Assembly: GCA_963779755.1 (NCBI GenBank)
Contig: CAVZZO010000003.1
Coordinates: 1,248,001 to 1,312,000 of the forward strand
From: an uncultured Gemmatimonadales bacterium
Lineage (GTDB): Bacteria > Gemmatimonadota > Gemmatimonadetes > Gemmatimonadales > GWC2-71-9
Length of the DNA: 64,000 nt
Reading direction: 5' to 3'
Every line of letters starts with the position of its first letter. Within the stretch, counting starts at the first letter, position 1. Below the pieces are notes generated by a model. It searched no databases, was not told the origin of the DNA, and was given only the letters and a program-made list of their open reading frames with translations. Made by a program: the position numbers and the translations under genes. This document shows positions 52,237 to 61,060 of this stretch, piece after piece.

Positions 52237-55200
52237 ATGGCCCCTGAGCTCTTCCACCCCGCCGTCTCCCGCTGGTTCTCCCGCCGGTTCGGCGCGCCCA
52301 CTCCCGCGCAGCAGCGCGGCTGGGAGGCGATCCGCTCAGGAAGGCACACACTGATCGCCGCCCCGACCGGCTCGGGCAAGACCCTCGCCGCCTTCCTGAG
52401 CGCGCTGGACGATCTCCTGCGCGAGGGGCAGGACGGTCCGCTAGCGGATGAGACCCGGGTGCTCTATGTCTCTCCGCTCAAGGCCCTGACGGCGGATATC
52501 CACTACAACCTGACGGAACCGCGCCGCGAGATCCGCCAGGTGGCCGAGGAGATGGGCGCCGAGCCCGTCCGGATTACCGCCGCCATGCGCACCGGCGACA
52601 CGCCTTCCGCCGCGCGCGCGGCGATGCTGCGCACGCCCCCCCATATCCTGGTCACCACGCCCGAGTCGCTCTACCTGCTGCTCACCGCCGAGCGCAGCCG
52701 CGAAATGCTGCGGACGGTGCGGACCGTCATCGTCGATGAGATCCATGCGGTGATCGAGTCGCGCCGGGGCGCGCATCTGGCCCTTTCGCTCGAACGCCTG
52801 GGCCACATCACGGGACGGGAGCCGCAGCGCATCGGCCTTTCGGCCACGCAGAAGCCCATCGAAGCCGTCGCCGCGTGGCTCACCGGCACCGACGATCCCG
52901 CCGCCTGCGCCATCGTCGACGAAGGGCACCGCCGCGCCCTGGACCTGGGCCTGGAGGTTCCCGGCGCGCCGCTCGAGGCCGTGATGTCCGCCGAGGTGTG
53001 GGAGGAGGTGTATGCCCGGCTGGCCGAGCTGATCGACCAGCACCGGACCACCCTCGTCTTCGTCAACACGCGGCGGCTGGCCGAGCGGGCGGCGCGCCAT
53101 CTGGCCGAACGGCTGGGCGAAGAGGCGGTGACGGCCCACCACGGCAGCCTGTCGAAGGACGTCCGGCTCGACGCGGAGGAGCGGCTCAAGAGCGGCAAGC
53201 TGCGGGCCCTGGTGGCCACCGCTTCGCTGGAACTGGGCATCGACATCGGGCATGTGGACCTGGTCTGCCAGCTGGGCTCGCCCCGGAGGATCTCGACCTT
53301 TCTTCAGCGCGTCGGCCGGGCGGGGCACACCGTGCATGGCACCCCGAAAGGCCGGCTCTTCCCCCTCTCGCGCGACGAGCTGGTGGAATGCACCGCCCTG
53401 CTCCGGGCAACAGGGCGGGGAGACCTGGACCGGCTGGTGATCCCGCCCAAACCCTTCGACGTGCTGGCCCAGCAAGTGGTGGCGGAGACCGCCTGCGAGG
53501 ACTGGCAGGAAGAAGACCTGTTCCAGCTGGCCCGGCGGGCCTGGCCGTATCGCACGCTCACTCGCGAGGAGTTCGCCGAAACGGTGGAGATGACGGCCCA
53601 GGGCTTCTCCACCCGGCGCGGCCGCCGGGGAGCGCTGGTGCATCACGACGCCGTGCATCACCGGCTGCGTGGGCGGCGGGGCGCCAGGCTGCTGGCCCTG
53701 ACCTCGGGCGGAGCCATCCCCGACAACGCCGACTACCGCGTGGTGCTGGAGCCGGAAGGCACCTTCCTCGGCACGCTGAACGAAGACTTCGCCGTGGAAA
53801 GCATGGCCGGCGACGTGTTCCAGCTTGGTAATACCTCGTGGCGCATCCTCCGGATCGAAAGCGGTGTGGTGCGGGTGGAGGATGCCAGGGGCGAGCCGCC
53901 CAGCATTCCCTTCTGGCTGGGCGAGGCACCGGGCCGGAGCGATGAGCTGAGCCTGGAGGTCTCGAGGCTTCGAGCCGACCTGGAGCCCCTGCTGGCCGAT
54001 GAGGAGGCCGCCATCGCATGGCTGCTGGCCGAAACCGGCATCGGGCGGCCGGCGGCGGCGCAGCTGGTGCGCTACCTGGCCGAGGCGCGCCGGCTGCTGG
54101 GAGCCCTGCCGACGCAGGATTGCCTGGTGGCGGAACGGTTCTTCGATGAGGCGGGCGGCATGCAGCTCATCGTACATTCGCCCTTCGGCAGCCGGATGAA
54201 CCGCGCGTGGGGCCTGGCATTACGGAAGCGGTTCTGCCGGCAATTCAATTTCGAGTTGCAGGCGGCCGCCACCGAAGACGGCATCCTGCTGTCACTGGGC
54301 CCGCAGCACTCGTTCCCGCTGGAGGATGTGTTCCGCTTCCTGCAGCCCGAATCGGCCGAGAACATTCTGGTGCAGGCCCTGCTCGACGCCCCCATGTTCG
54401 GGACCCACTGGCGCTGGAATGCGACCATCGCGCTGGCGATCGCCCGCAACCGGGGCGGCCGCAAGGTGGCACCCCAGCTGCAGCGGATGCAGGCGGAAGA
54501 TCTGCTCGCGGCCGTCTTTCCCGACGCCGCCGCCTGCCTGGAGAACATCGCCGGCGACCGCGAGGTGCCCGACCATCTGCTGGCCCGGCAGACCATTGCC
54601 GACTGCCTGCATGAGGTGATGGACATCGACGGCCTTCGCACGGTGCTCGAACGGATCCGCTCGGGCAATGTCCGGCTGGTGGCGCGCGACCTGCCCGAGC
54701 CCTCCACGCTTGCGAGTGAAGTGGTCAATGCCCGGGTGTATGCCTTCCTCGATGACGCGCCGCTGGAAGAGCGCCGGACCCAGGCGGTCTATACCCGGCG
54801 GGCACTGGAGCCCTCGAGCGCGGGCGACCTGGGCGCGCTGGACGTCGCGGCCATCGAGCGCGTGCGGGGTGAAGCGTGGCCCGATCCGCGGGATGCGGAC
54901 GAGATGCACGATGCGTTGCTCACGAGCGGGATCCTCACGACGGCAGGACGGCAGGACGGCAGGGCGGCAGGCGAAGACTGGGCTGCCCTGCTCCAGGAGC
55001 TGCTCGCGACCGGGCGTGCAGGCAGGATGGGCGATCGCTGGTTCGCCACCGAGCGGGTGGAAGAGATCCGTGCGGTGTTTCCGGACGCGGTGATCGAGCC
55101 GCCGGGCCTCACGGCGCCGGGGGACGTGCCCCGGCCCGACCGGCAGTCCGCCGTCAAGGAGTTGGTACGGGGGCAGCTGGAGATCCTGGGCCCGGTAACG

Positions 55201-56586
55201 GCGGCGAGCCTGGCAGACACGCTGGGCATCGCCGCCGGCGATGCCGCTATCGCGCTGGCGGAGCTGGAGGCCGAAGGCACCGTGCTGCGCGGCTATTTCA
55301 CCCCCGATGCCGGTGTGCTCGAGTGGTGCCACCGACGGCTGCTGGCCCGCATCCATCGCTACACCCTCACCCGGCTCCGCACCGAGATCGAGCCGGTGAA
55401 TGCCGCCGATTTCATGCGGTTCCTCTTCACCTGGCAGCGGGTCGAGCCGGAAACCCGGGCCAGCGGTCTGGAGGGCCTCTCGGCGGTGCTGGATCAACTG
55501 GACGGGTACGAGCTGCCCTCGGGCGCCTGGGAGAGCGATGTGCTGGCTCTGCGGATCAACGAATACGACCCTGCGCTGCTCGACACGCTCTGCCTCACCG
55601 GGCGGGTGGCCTGGGGACGGCTCTCCGAGGCCCGGCAGCCGGAGGGCCAGGGCGCGCCGGGCCGCCCCATCCGCTCGACCCCGGTGGCGCTGTTCCGCCG
55701 CGACCACGCCAATCTCTGGCGCGCCCTGGCACCGGCTCCCCAACCGCCGGCGCTCTCGACCTATGCCGCCCTGGTCAGCGAAGCGCTGGAACGGCGGGGA
55801 GCTTCGTTCTTCCAGGAGATCGTCGCCGCCTCGGGGCTCCTGGCAACCCAGGTCGAGGAGGCCCTGGGCGAGCTCGCCTCGCTGGGCCGGGTCACCTCGG
55901 ACGGCTTCACCGGCCTGCGGGCGCTGGTTACGCCGGCCGACCGCCGGCCTCCGGTGGGCGCCCGGCGCCGGGCCCGGGCGGCGGTTCCGGCCGGGGTGGA
56001 AACGGCGGGGCGATGGGCGCTGATCGAGGGCGGCAGGACGGCAGGACGGCAGGACGGCAGGCAGGATGACCCGCCGGGAAAGCCGGACGACCGCGGGCAG
56101 CCGATCGAGGCCTTTGCCTGGACGCTGTTGCGGCGGTATGGCGTGGTCTTTCGCAGGCTGCTCGCGCCCGAAGCGCTGGCGCCCGCCTGGCGCGAGCTGG
56201 TGATGGTCTATCGCCGGCTGGAGGCTCGGGGAGAGATCCGGGGCGGCCGTTTCGTGGCCGGCGTCTCGGGCGAGCAGTTCGCCCTGCCGGAGGCGGTGGG
56301 GTCGCTGCGTTCGGCCCGGCGCCGGGAGCCGACCGGCCGCCTGCTCAGCATCAGCGCAGCCGATCCCCTGAACCTCACCGGCATCGTCACGCCGGGGCCG
56401 CGGGTGCCCGCCCTCGCGTCATACCGGATTATCTACCAGGACGGCGTCCCCCTCGCCTCGCGGGAGGGAGGCCAGATCCGGCCGCTGGCGCTGATCCCGC
56501 CGGAACGGACGCACGAGATCGAGCGGGCGCTGGTGCGGAAACGGCCGATAGAAGCGCGGAGCGGGGCGGTCGGAAAGGTGGGATAA
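52237..56586 (+). CDS. lhr: Lhr-family ATP-dependent DEAD/H helicase
   Basis: APTGSGKT, TTPESL, DEIH, SAT, HHGSLS, SLELGIDIG, QRVGRAGH; winged-helix C-terminus with GEQFALP. Confidence 0.93.
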   Translation: MAPELFHPAVSRWFSRRFGAPTPAQQRGWEAIRSGRHTLIAAPTGSGKTLAAFLSALDDLLREGQDGPLADETRVLYVSPLKALTADIHYNLTEPRREIRQVAEEMGAEPVRITAAMRTGDTPSAARAAMLRTPPHILVTTPESLYLLLTAERSREMLRTVRTVIVDEIHAVIESRRGAHLALSLERLGHITGREPQRIGLSATQKPIEAVAAWLTGTDDPAACAIVDEGHRRALDLGLEVPGAPLEAVMSAEVWEEVYARLAELIDQHRTTLVFVNTRRLAERAARHLAERLGEEAVTAHHGSLSKDVRLDAEERLKSGKLRALVATASLELGIDIGHVDLVCQLGSPRRISTFLQRVGRAGHTVHGTPKGRLFPLSRDELVECTALLRATGRGDLDRLVIPPKPFDVLAQQVVAETACEDWQEEDLFQLARRAWPYRTLTREEFAETVEMTAQGFSTRRGRRGALVHHDAVHHRLRGRRGARLLALTSGGAIPDNADYRVVLEPEGTFLGTLNEDFAVESMAGDVFQLGNTSWRILRIESGVVRVEDARGEPPSIPFWLGEAPGRSDELSLEVSRLRADLEPLLADEEAAIAWLLAETGIGRPAAAQLVRYLAEARRLLGALPTQDCLVAERFFDEAGGMQLIVHSPFGSRMNRAWGLALRKRFCRQFNFELQAAATEDGILLSLGPQHSFPLEDVFRFLQPESAENILVQALLDAPMFGTHWRWNATIALAIARNRGGRKVAPQLQRMQAEDLLAAVFPDAAACLENIAGDREVPDHLLARQTIADCLHEVMDIDGLRTVLERIRSGNVRLVARDLPEPSTLASEVVNARVYAFLDDAPLEERRTQAVYTRRALEPSSAGDLGALDVAAIERVRGEAWPDPRDADEMHDALLTSGILTTAGRQDGRAAGEDWAALLQELLATGRAGRMGDRWFATERVEEIRAVFPDAVIEPPGLTAPGDVPRPDRQSAVKELVRGQLEILGPVTAASLADTLGIAAGDAAIALAELEAEGTVLRGYFTPDAGVLEWCHRRLLARIHRYTLTRLRTEIEPVNAADFMRFLFTWQRVEPETRASGLEGLSAVLDQLDGYELPSGAWESDVLALRINEYDPALLDTLCLTGRVAWGRLSEARQPEGQGAPGRPIRSTPVALFRRDHANLWRALAPAPQPPALSTYAALVSEALERRGASFFQEIVAASGLLATQVEEALGELASLGRVTSDGFTGLRALVTPADRRPPVGARRRARAAVPAGVETAGRWALIEGGRTAGRQDGRQDDPPGKPDDRGQPIEAFAWTLLRRYGVVFRRLLAPEALAPAWRELVMVYRRLEARGEIRGGRFVAGVSGEQFALPEAVGSLRSARRREPTGRLLSISAADPLNLTGIVTPGPRVPALASYRIIYQDGVPLASREGGQIRPLALIPPERTHEIERALVRKRPIEARSGAVGKVG

Positions 56587-56589
56587 CGA

Positions 56590-56650
56590 CGGGAAACGGG
56601 AAGAGGGAAAGGATATTGTATCTCTCCCCTTTCCCTTTTCCCCATTCCCG
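56590..56650. repeat. Inverted 7-bp GGGAANN arrays (hairpin) between convergent genes
   Basis: cgggaaacgggaagagggaaag ... tctcccctttcccttttccccattcccg. Confidence 0.8.
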
Positions 56651-56659
56651 CAGTTGAGT

Positions 56660-57244
56660 TCAGCTCTGGTTCCCCGCAAACAGCACGTTGTACAACACCA
56701 GCCCGTGGTGCACGGCCGTCGCGATCAGCTCGGCTTCGTAGTACGGCATGGAACCGAGCTGGTCCTTGAGCCCGTCCAGGGCCCCCGCCACCTGCTCCCC
56801 CGAGCGCATCCCCTTGAAGCGCTGCAGCAGACCGGTGCGCAGCGCCTCTTCGACCCACGGCTTGGTCTCCACGGTGGCCACCGTCGCCACCACGTCGGCG
56901 ATGGAGCCGTCGGGGTTCATGGTCAGGCCCACTTCCAGCGGCCCATGGACCGTGTTCACCTGGGGGAAGAAGACCACCCCCTGCAGCTCGCCCCCGGCAT
57001 TCTTCCCGAGATAGAACTTCATGTCGGGATCCTGCGGGTTCCAGTCCACTTTCGCCTGAATGGCGTCGAGGTCGTTCTTTCCGATGGTCACGTCACGGAC
57101 GAAGAACCGCGTGGCGCCGGGCAGCGTCTGGCGGATGACGTCCACCTGTTTCGCCAGCACCACCTTGGGGGTGGGGTGCGCCCGCGGAACGAGCAACAGC
57201 GGCAGGGCCAGCGCGGCGCCGGCCAGTCGGGACAACCCTCGCAT
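56660..57244 (-). CDS. Secreted FMN-binding-domain-like protein
   Basis: Signal peptide; HGPLEVGLTMNPDGSIADV..LLQRFKG resembles the FMN_bind/RnfG fold. Confidence 0.6.
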   Translation of the reverse strand: MRGLSRLAGAALALPLLLVPRAHPTPKVVLAKQVDVIRQTLPGATRFFVRDVTIGKNDLDAIQAKVDWNPQDPDMKFYLGKNAGGELQGVVFFPQVNTVHGPLEVGLTMNPDGSIADVVATVATVETKPWVEEALRTGLLQRFKGMRSGEQVAGALDGLKDQLGSMPYYEAELIATAVHHGLVLYNVLFAGNQS

Positions 57245-57246
57245 GT

Positions 57247-57801
57247 TCAGACCTCCTGTCCGGTCCGGCGCGCCGTCACGGCGCGCAGGGTTCCGATGAG
57301 TACGATAAGATAGACCAGCGACATCCCCCAGCCGGATACGATCGTCAGCCAGGCGAAGCCGGGAATGCCGAAGTTCATCAGCCACTGTCCGGCAAAGTCC
57401 AGTGCTCCGAACCCGAAGGCGCCGAGGATCATCAGCTCGCGAAATCCGCGGGACCACCCCAGGCCAAGAATGATGAGCGTCTCCAGGGCCGCCACGATGG
57501 AGTAGATCATGATGTGAATATGGCTGTCCTGGACCAGCAGCTGGGTATCCACGGTATGCTGCATTTCCGGCACCTTGCCCAGATCGAGCGGCTGGGTCAT
57601 GGACATCGACGTATCGGGCATGCCCGATTCCTTGACGGCCGGCGGGGGCACGTAGGTCGCCTGCACCTTGGCCGGCGTCAGCCCGGACCAGGTCTTCACC
57701 ATGAAGAAGGCGAAGATGTAGGCGTAGCCCAGCACCAGCAGAAACAGCACGGCGGCCAGTTTGACCGAGCGGTCGGCGTCCCGGAGACGATAGAGACCCA
57801 T
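57247..57801 (-). CDS. Hypothetical four-TM membrane protein with HxH motif
   Basis: Four hydrophobic segments, DSHIHIM; tightly linked within the operon. Confidence 0.7.
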   Translation of the reverse strand: MGLYRLRDADRSVKLAAVLFLLVLGYAYIFAFFMVKTWSGLTPAKVQATYVPPPAVKESGMPDTSMSMTQPLDLGKVPEMQHTVDTQLLVQDSHIHIMIYSIVAALETLIILGLGWSRGFRELMILGAFGFGALDFAGQWLMNFGIPGFAWLTIVSGWGMSLVYLIVLIGTLRAVTARRTGQEV

Positions 57802-57809
57802 GGATGCTC

Positions 57810-58976
57810 CTAGAAGAACGTCACCACCGTCTGCAGCCGGTATTCGATGTTCCAGTTGTCCAGGCCGCTACTGGTTTCGAAGACCGGCTCGGTGGAGTGG
57901 TTGACCCGCACTTCCGCCCGAAACTGCAGCTGGGGAATGCGATAGGTGGTGTGCTGCACGTTGGCGAAGATGCCCTCGCGCCCCACGCCCAGCGAATACA
58001 CCGGCGCAAAGGTGTAGGACGTCAGGGTCTGCGCCGTGCCGGTGCGCATCCCGTCGCCGTCGTGGAATACCTCGGCCCGGCCGGCCAGCCCGAAATGGCG
58101 GCTCAACTGGTGGAAGACGGTCAGCATGGCGCCCGCCCAGGTGGCATCGCCACCGCCCGCCAGCACCTTCCGGTCGCCGCCGTAGTTGGCCTCGCCGGCG
58201 ATGATCCAGTTCCAGGTGGGCTGCAGCGCGTAGTCGAAGGTGAGGAGGTAGCGGTTATTGGTCATGCCCTGGTCGCCCTCGACGCCGTAGAGGCCGCTCA
58301 GGCCCAGACTGACCCCGTCGGCCGGCAGCAGCCCCAGCCGGGCGCCGCCGCTCTTCCCCTTGTTGGGATCGATATCGCTATCCCAGCCGTTGAACACAAA
58401 GGCGGAGACGTCCACCCGCGGAGTGGCAGCCCAGAAGCTCATGACGCCCACCATCTTGACCGGCCGCGCCAGCTCGAAGTTGTAGCTGGGCGAGGCCAGC
58501 AGGTTCAGAGGCTCGTCGTCGCGCTCGAACCCGATCGGCAGGTCCACCTTCCCGAAGTTGAACAGGAGATTGCTCGCGCCCGGCACGGTCACGCTCACCA
58601 GCAGATTATCGATCTCGGTCTCGGTGACCGGCTCGCCGCCGGGTGTCTCCGGCGCGCCCAGGGCCGTGGTGAGCTGGCCGAAGAAATAGCTGTAGTCGGT
58701 GATCGGCTTGAAGACGCCGACTGCGACCTTGCTGGCTTCGAAAGTGTTGGTTCCGGTGCGGCCGTCATAGTTGTAGTTCCCGACCCCGAACCCGGTCACC
58801 TGCAGCGCGTTCTGGTCGCCGCTGGAGAGGTTCAGTGACTGGTCGCCTCCCTCGAGACTGATGGGGTGGTCGCCCGAATCCGGGACCTGAGCCCGCGCCG
58901 TGCCGGTCAAGCCGGCCAGGGCGGCCAGGGCCAGCAGCATGGCTCCCACCCGGGGGGTGATCGGTGAGATATGCAT
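57810..58976 (-). CDS. Outer-membrane beta-barrel protein / porin
   Basis: Signal peptide, FGKVDLPIGFE, NGWD, LAGRAEVFHD, C-terminal Phe; GGAGG RBS. Confidence 0.8.
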   Translation of the reverse strand: MHISPITPRVGAMLLALAALAGLTGTARAQVPDSGDHPISLEGGDQSLNLSSGDQNALQVTGFGVGNYNYDGRTGTNTFEASKVAVGVFKPITDYSYFFGQLTTALGAPETPGGEPVTETEIDNLLVSVTVPGASNLLFNFGKVDLPIGFERDDEPLNLLASPSYNFELARPVKMVGVMSFWAATPRVDVSAFVFNGWDSDIDPNKGKSGGARLGLLPADGVSLGLSGLYGVEGDQGMTNNRYLLTFDYALQPTWNWIIAGEANYGGDRKVLAGGGDATWAGAMLTVFHQLSRHFGLAGRAEVFHDGDGMRTGTAQTLTSYTFAPVYSLGVGREGIFANVQHTTYRIPQLQFRAEVRVNHSTEPVFETSSGLDNWNIEYRLQTVVTFF

Positions 58977-59076
58977 GGTCCTCCGCAGAGTTCGCAGCCA
59001 ATAGTCCGCGCCGCCGGACCATGGCGGCCGCGGGCGTGCAGGGTGCACGTCGCCTTGAGCAGTCAGGGGAAGCGCG

Positions 59077-59430
59077 TCAGGCGAGGCGCGGAGGCGGCGG
59101 ATCGGCGGAGAGGGTGTGCCGGGTCTGGAGCTGCGGCAGAAATACCGGCTCCTCCGACAGGAGGCGGCCAGCCGGCAAGGCTGCGACCGGCTCGGCCTGC
59201 AACATGGGCGAGAGCCCCTGCTGCATCAGGGGCGTGTGCGCTGCTACACCTTCGGTGTGGCAGGCCGCGCCGTGCATGGCCATCGGCATTTCGCCGGCGC
59301 CGGTATGAGGCGTTTCGGCCCGTGGAGCGCCGCCGGCGCTCAGGCAGATTACCGCGCAGACCACCCACGCCTGGGCCGCCACAAAGGCGGCCAGGACGGC
59401 GAGTGCGGAGAGGCGGCGGCGCAGCGGCAT
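59077..59430 (-). CDS. Small exported Cys/His/Met protein with C-terminal PPPPR (DUF2946-like leader)
   Basis: MPLRRRLSALAVLAAF signal, CAVIC, MPMAMHGAACH, ends DPPPPRLA; directly upstream of the porin. Confidence 0.65.
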   Translation of the reverse strand: MPLRRRLSALAVLAAFVAAQAWVVCAVICLSAGGAPRAETPHTGAGEMPMAMHGAACHTEGVAAHTPLMQQGLSPMLQAEPVAALPAGRLLSEEPVFLPQLQTRHTLSADPPPPRLA

Positions 59431-59553
59431 CAGGTCGAAAATCCCCGAAAGTGTGGGAGGTTTAAGGTAACACTGGTCCGGAGGACAGGGTACCCGCTTG
59501 GCCCCGGGCCCGCAGTGGTCTATGCTCAGCGCATCGTTCTGCCAGGAGGAGAC

Positions 59554-60273
59554 ATGCGGCTCCGGGTCGGCACCAGCGGCTACGCGTACAAGGAATGGAA
59601 GGGCTCGTTCTACCCGGCCGACCTGAAGCCGGAGCGGATGCTCGCCCATTACGCGTCGCGGCTCGACACGGTCGAGATCAACAACACCTTCTACCGCATG
59701 CCGTCGGAGACGGTGCTGCTGGGGTGGGCCGGCCAGGTGCCGGCGGAGTTCCGCTTCGTGCTGAAGGCGCCGCGCCGGCTGACCCATATCCAGCGGCTGA
59801 CCATCGAAGACGACAGCCTGGAGTACTTCCTGCGCACGGCCGGGGTGCTGGGGGAGCGGCTGGGCGCCGCCCTCTTTCAGCTTCCTCCCACCCTCAAGAA
59901 GGACACCGGCCGCCTGGCCGGATTCCTCGCCCGGCTTCCCCGTACGTGGCGCAGCGCCTTCGAGTTCCGCCATGCCTCCTGGCTGGACGATGACGTTCTG
60001 GCGCTGCTGCGTGAGCACAACGCCGCCCTCTGCCTGGCCGATACCGACGAAGCTCCGGCCTCGCCCCTGGTGACGGCGGACTGGGGCTATCTCCGGCTGC
60101 GCCGCTCCGGCTATTCCCGCGAAGATCTGGCGGCCTGGGCCCGGCGCATCCGGGAGCAGCCCTGGACGGCGGCGTACGTTTTCCTCAAGCACGAGGACAC
60201 CGGCGCCGGACCGGAACTGGCCGAAGCGCTGCTCGAGCTGGCGGGCGGGACGGGCGAGGCTACTTCATCTTGA
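59554..60273 (+). CDS. DUF72 (UPF0759) protein
   Basis: VGTSGYAYKEWKGSFYP, VEINNTFY, FQLPP, EFRHASW, YLRLR. Confidence 0.92.
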   Translation: MRLRVGTSGYAYKEWKGSFYPADLKPERMLAHYASRLDTVEINNTFYRMPSETVLLGWAGQVPAEFRFVLKAPRRLTHIQRLTIEDDSLEYFLRTAGVLGERLGAALFQLPPTLKKDTGRLAGFLARLPRTWRSAFEFRHASWLDDDVLALLREHNAALCLADTDEAPASPLVTADWGYLRLRRSGYSREDLAAWARRIREQPWTAAYVFLKHEDTGAGPELAEALLELAGGTGEATSS

Positions 60274-60823
60274 GCACACCCCGCCACCCGGTGGCGTGCG
60301 GGAGCGGGGTTGCGCTGGTCTCCGAGAAACGCTCCACCGCAAAGGTCAGGGACGGGTCCACCGCGCGGGCCCGCCGGATCAGGTCCGCCAGATCGCGCCG
60401 CAGCGAGGTGGTGTAGATCAGAGTGCGGGGACCCGATGCCCCCTGGCCGGCAAATGTCGTGACATCATGCCCCGCCGAGCGGAGCGCGGCGGCAATCGCC
60501 TCCGGCTGGGTGGCGGTGATGATCCGGACCACGCAGGATCCCAGGCGCAGCCGCCGCTCCAGCAGGATGCCGACTGCGTTGCCGGCCGCGAACCCCGCCG
60601 GATAGGCCAGCACCAGCAGCGGGCTCTGGTTGATCCTGGTGATCACCTGGGAGACAGCGGTGATCCAGACCAGCACCTCGAAGAAGCCCAGGACGACCGA
60701 CAGCCGGACGCGTCCGTGCACCACGGAGATCGTACGCAGGGTTCCGAAGGACACGTCGACGATGCGAAGACAGAAGATGAGCCCCGCGACCGTAGCGACG
60801 GGGAGCGCGTCCAGCCATGCCAT
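60260..60823 (-). CDS. UPF0316 / DUF2179-DUF5698 membrane protein
   Basis: RIVDVSFGTLR, GFFEVLVW, GFAAGNAVG. Confidence 0.85.
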   Translation of the reverse strand: MAWLDALPVATVAGLIFCLRIVDVSFGTLRTISVVHGRVRLSVVLGFFEVLVWITAVSQVITRINQSPLLVLAYPAGFAAGNAVGILLERRLRLGSCVVRIITATQPEAIAAALRSAGHDVTTFAGQGASGPRTLIYTTSLRRDLADLIRRARAVDPSLTFAVERFSETSATPLPHATGWRGVLKMK

Positions 60824-60889
60824 GGCAGATACCTCTCCTTGGGGAAATCCTGCAGAAGGTAGGCTCAACCGGCGCCCGGCGCCAAAGAG

Positions 60890-60905
60890 TGTGACCTGGA
60901 TCACA
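60890..60905. promoter_or_regulatory. CRP-type binding site
   Basis: TGTGA-CCTGGA-TCACA, exact match to TGTGA-N6-TCACA. Confidence 0.7.
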
Positions 60906-60923
60906 CCCCGGCGGGGGTGATTG

Positions 60924-60939
60924 TGTGATATGGGTCACA
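60924..60939. promoter_or_regulatory. CRP-type binding site
   Basis: TGTGA-TATGGG-TCACA, exact consensus. Confidence 0.7.
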
Positions 60940-61060
60940 CCGGCCGTTTGGCCTCTTGGCGCACACTACCGGGGCCATATATTGGGGCCGCGCGCGGACG
61001 CCACAGGTGGCCGTCCGGCGCTTCCCGGATGCAGGGTTGCCGACCTACTAAGGAGAAGGC

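Noticed and set aside
59431..60192. Upstream part of the 371-aa ORF 59077-60192
   Set aside because: Antisense to the DUF72 gene; only the last 117 codons look like a real protein.
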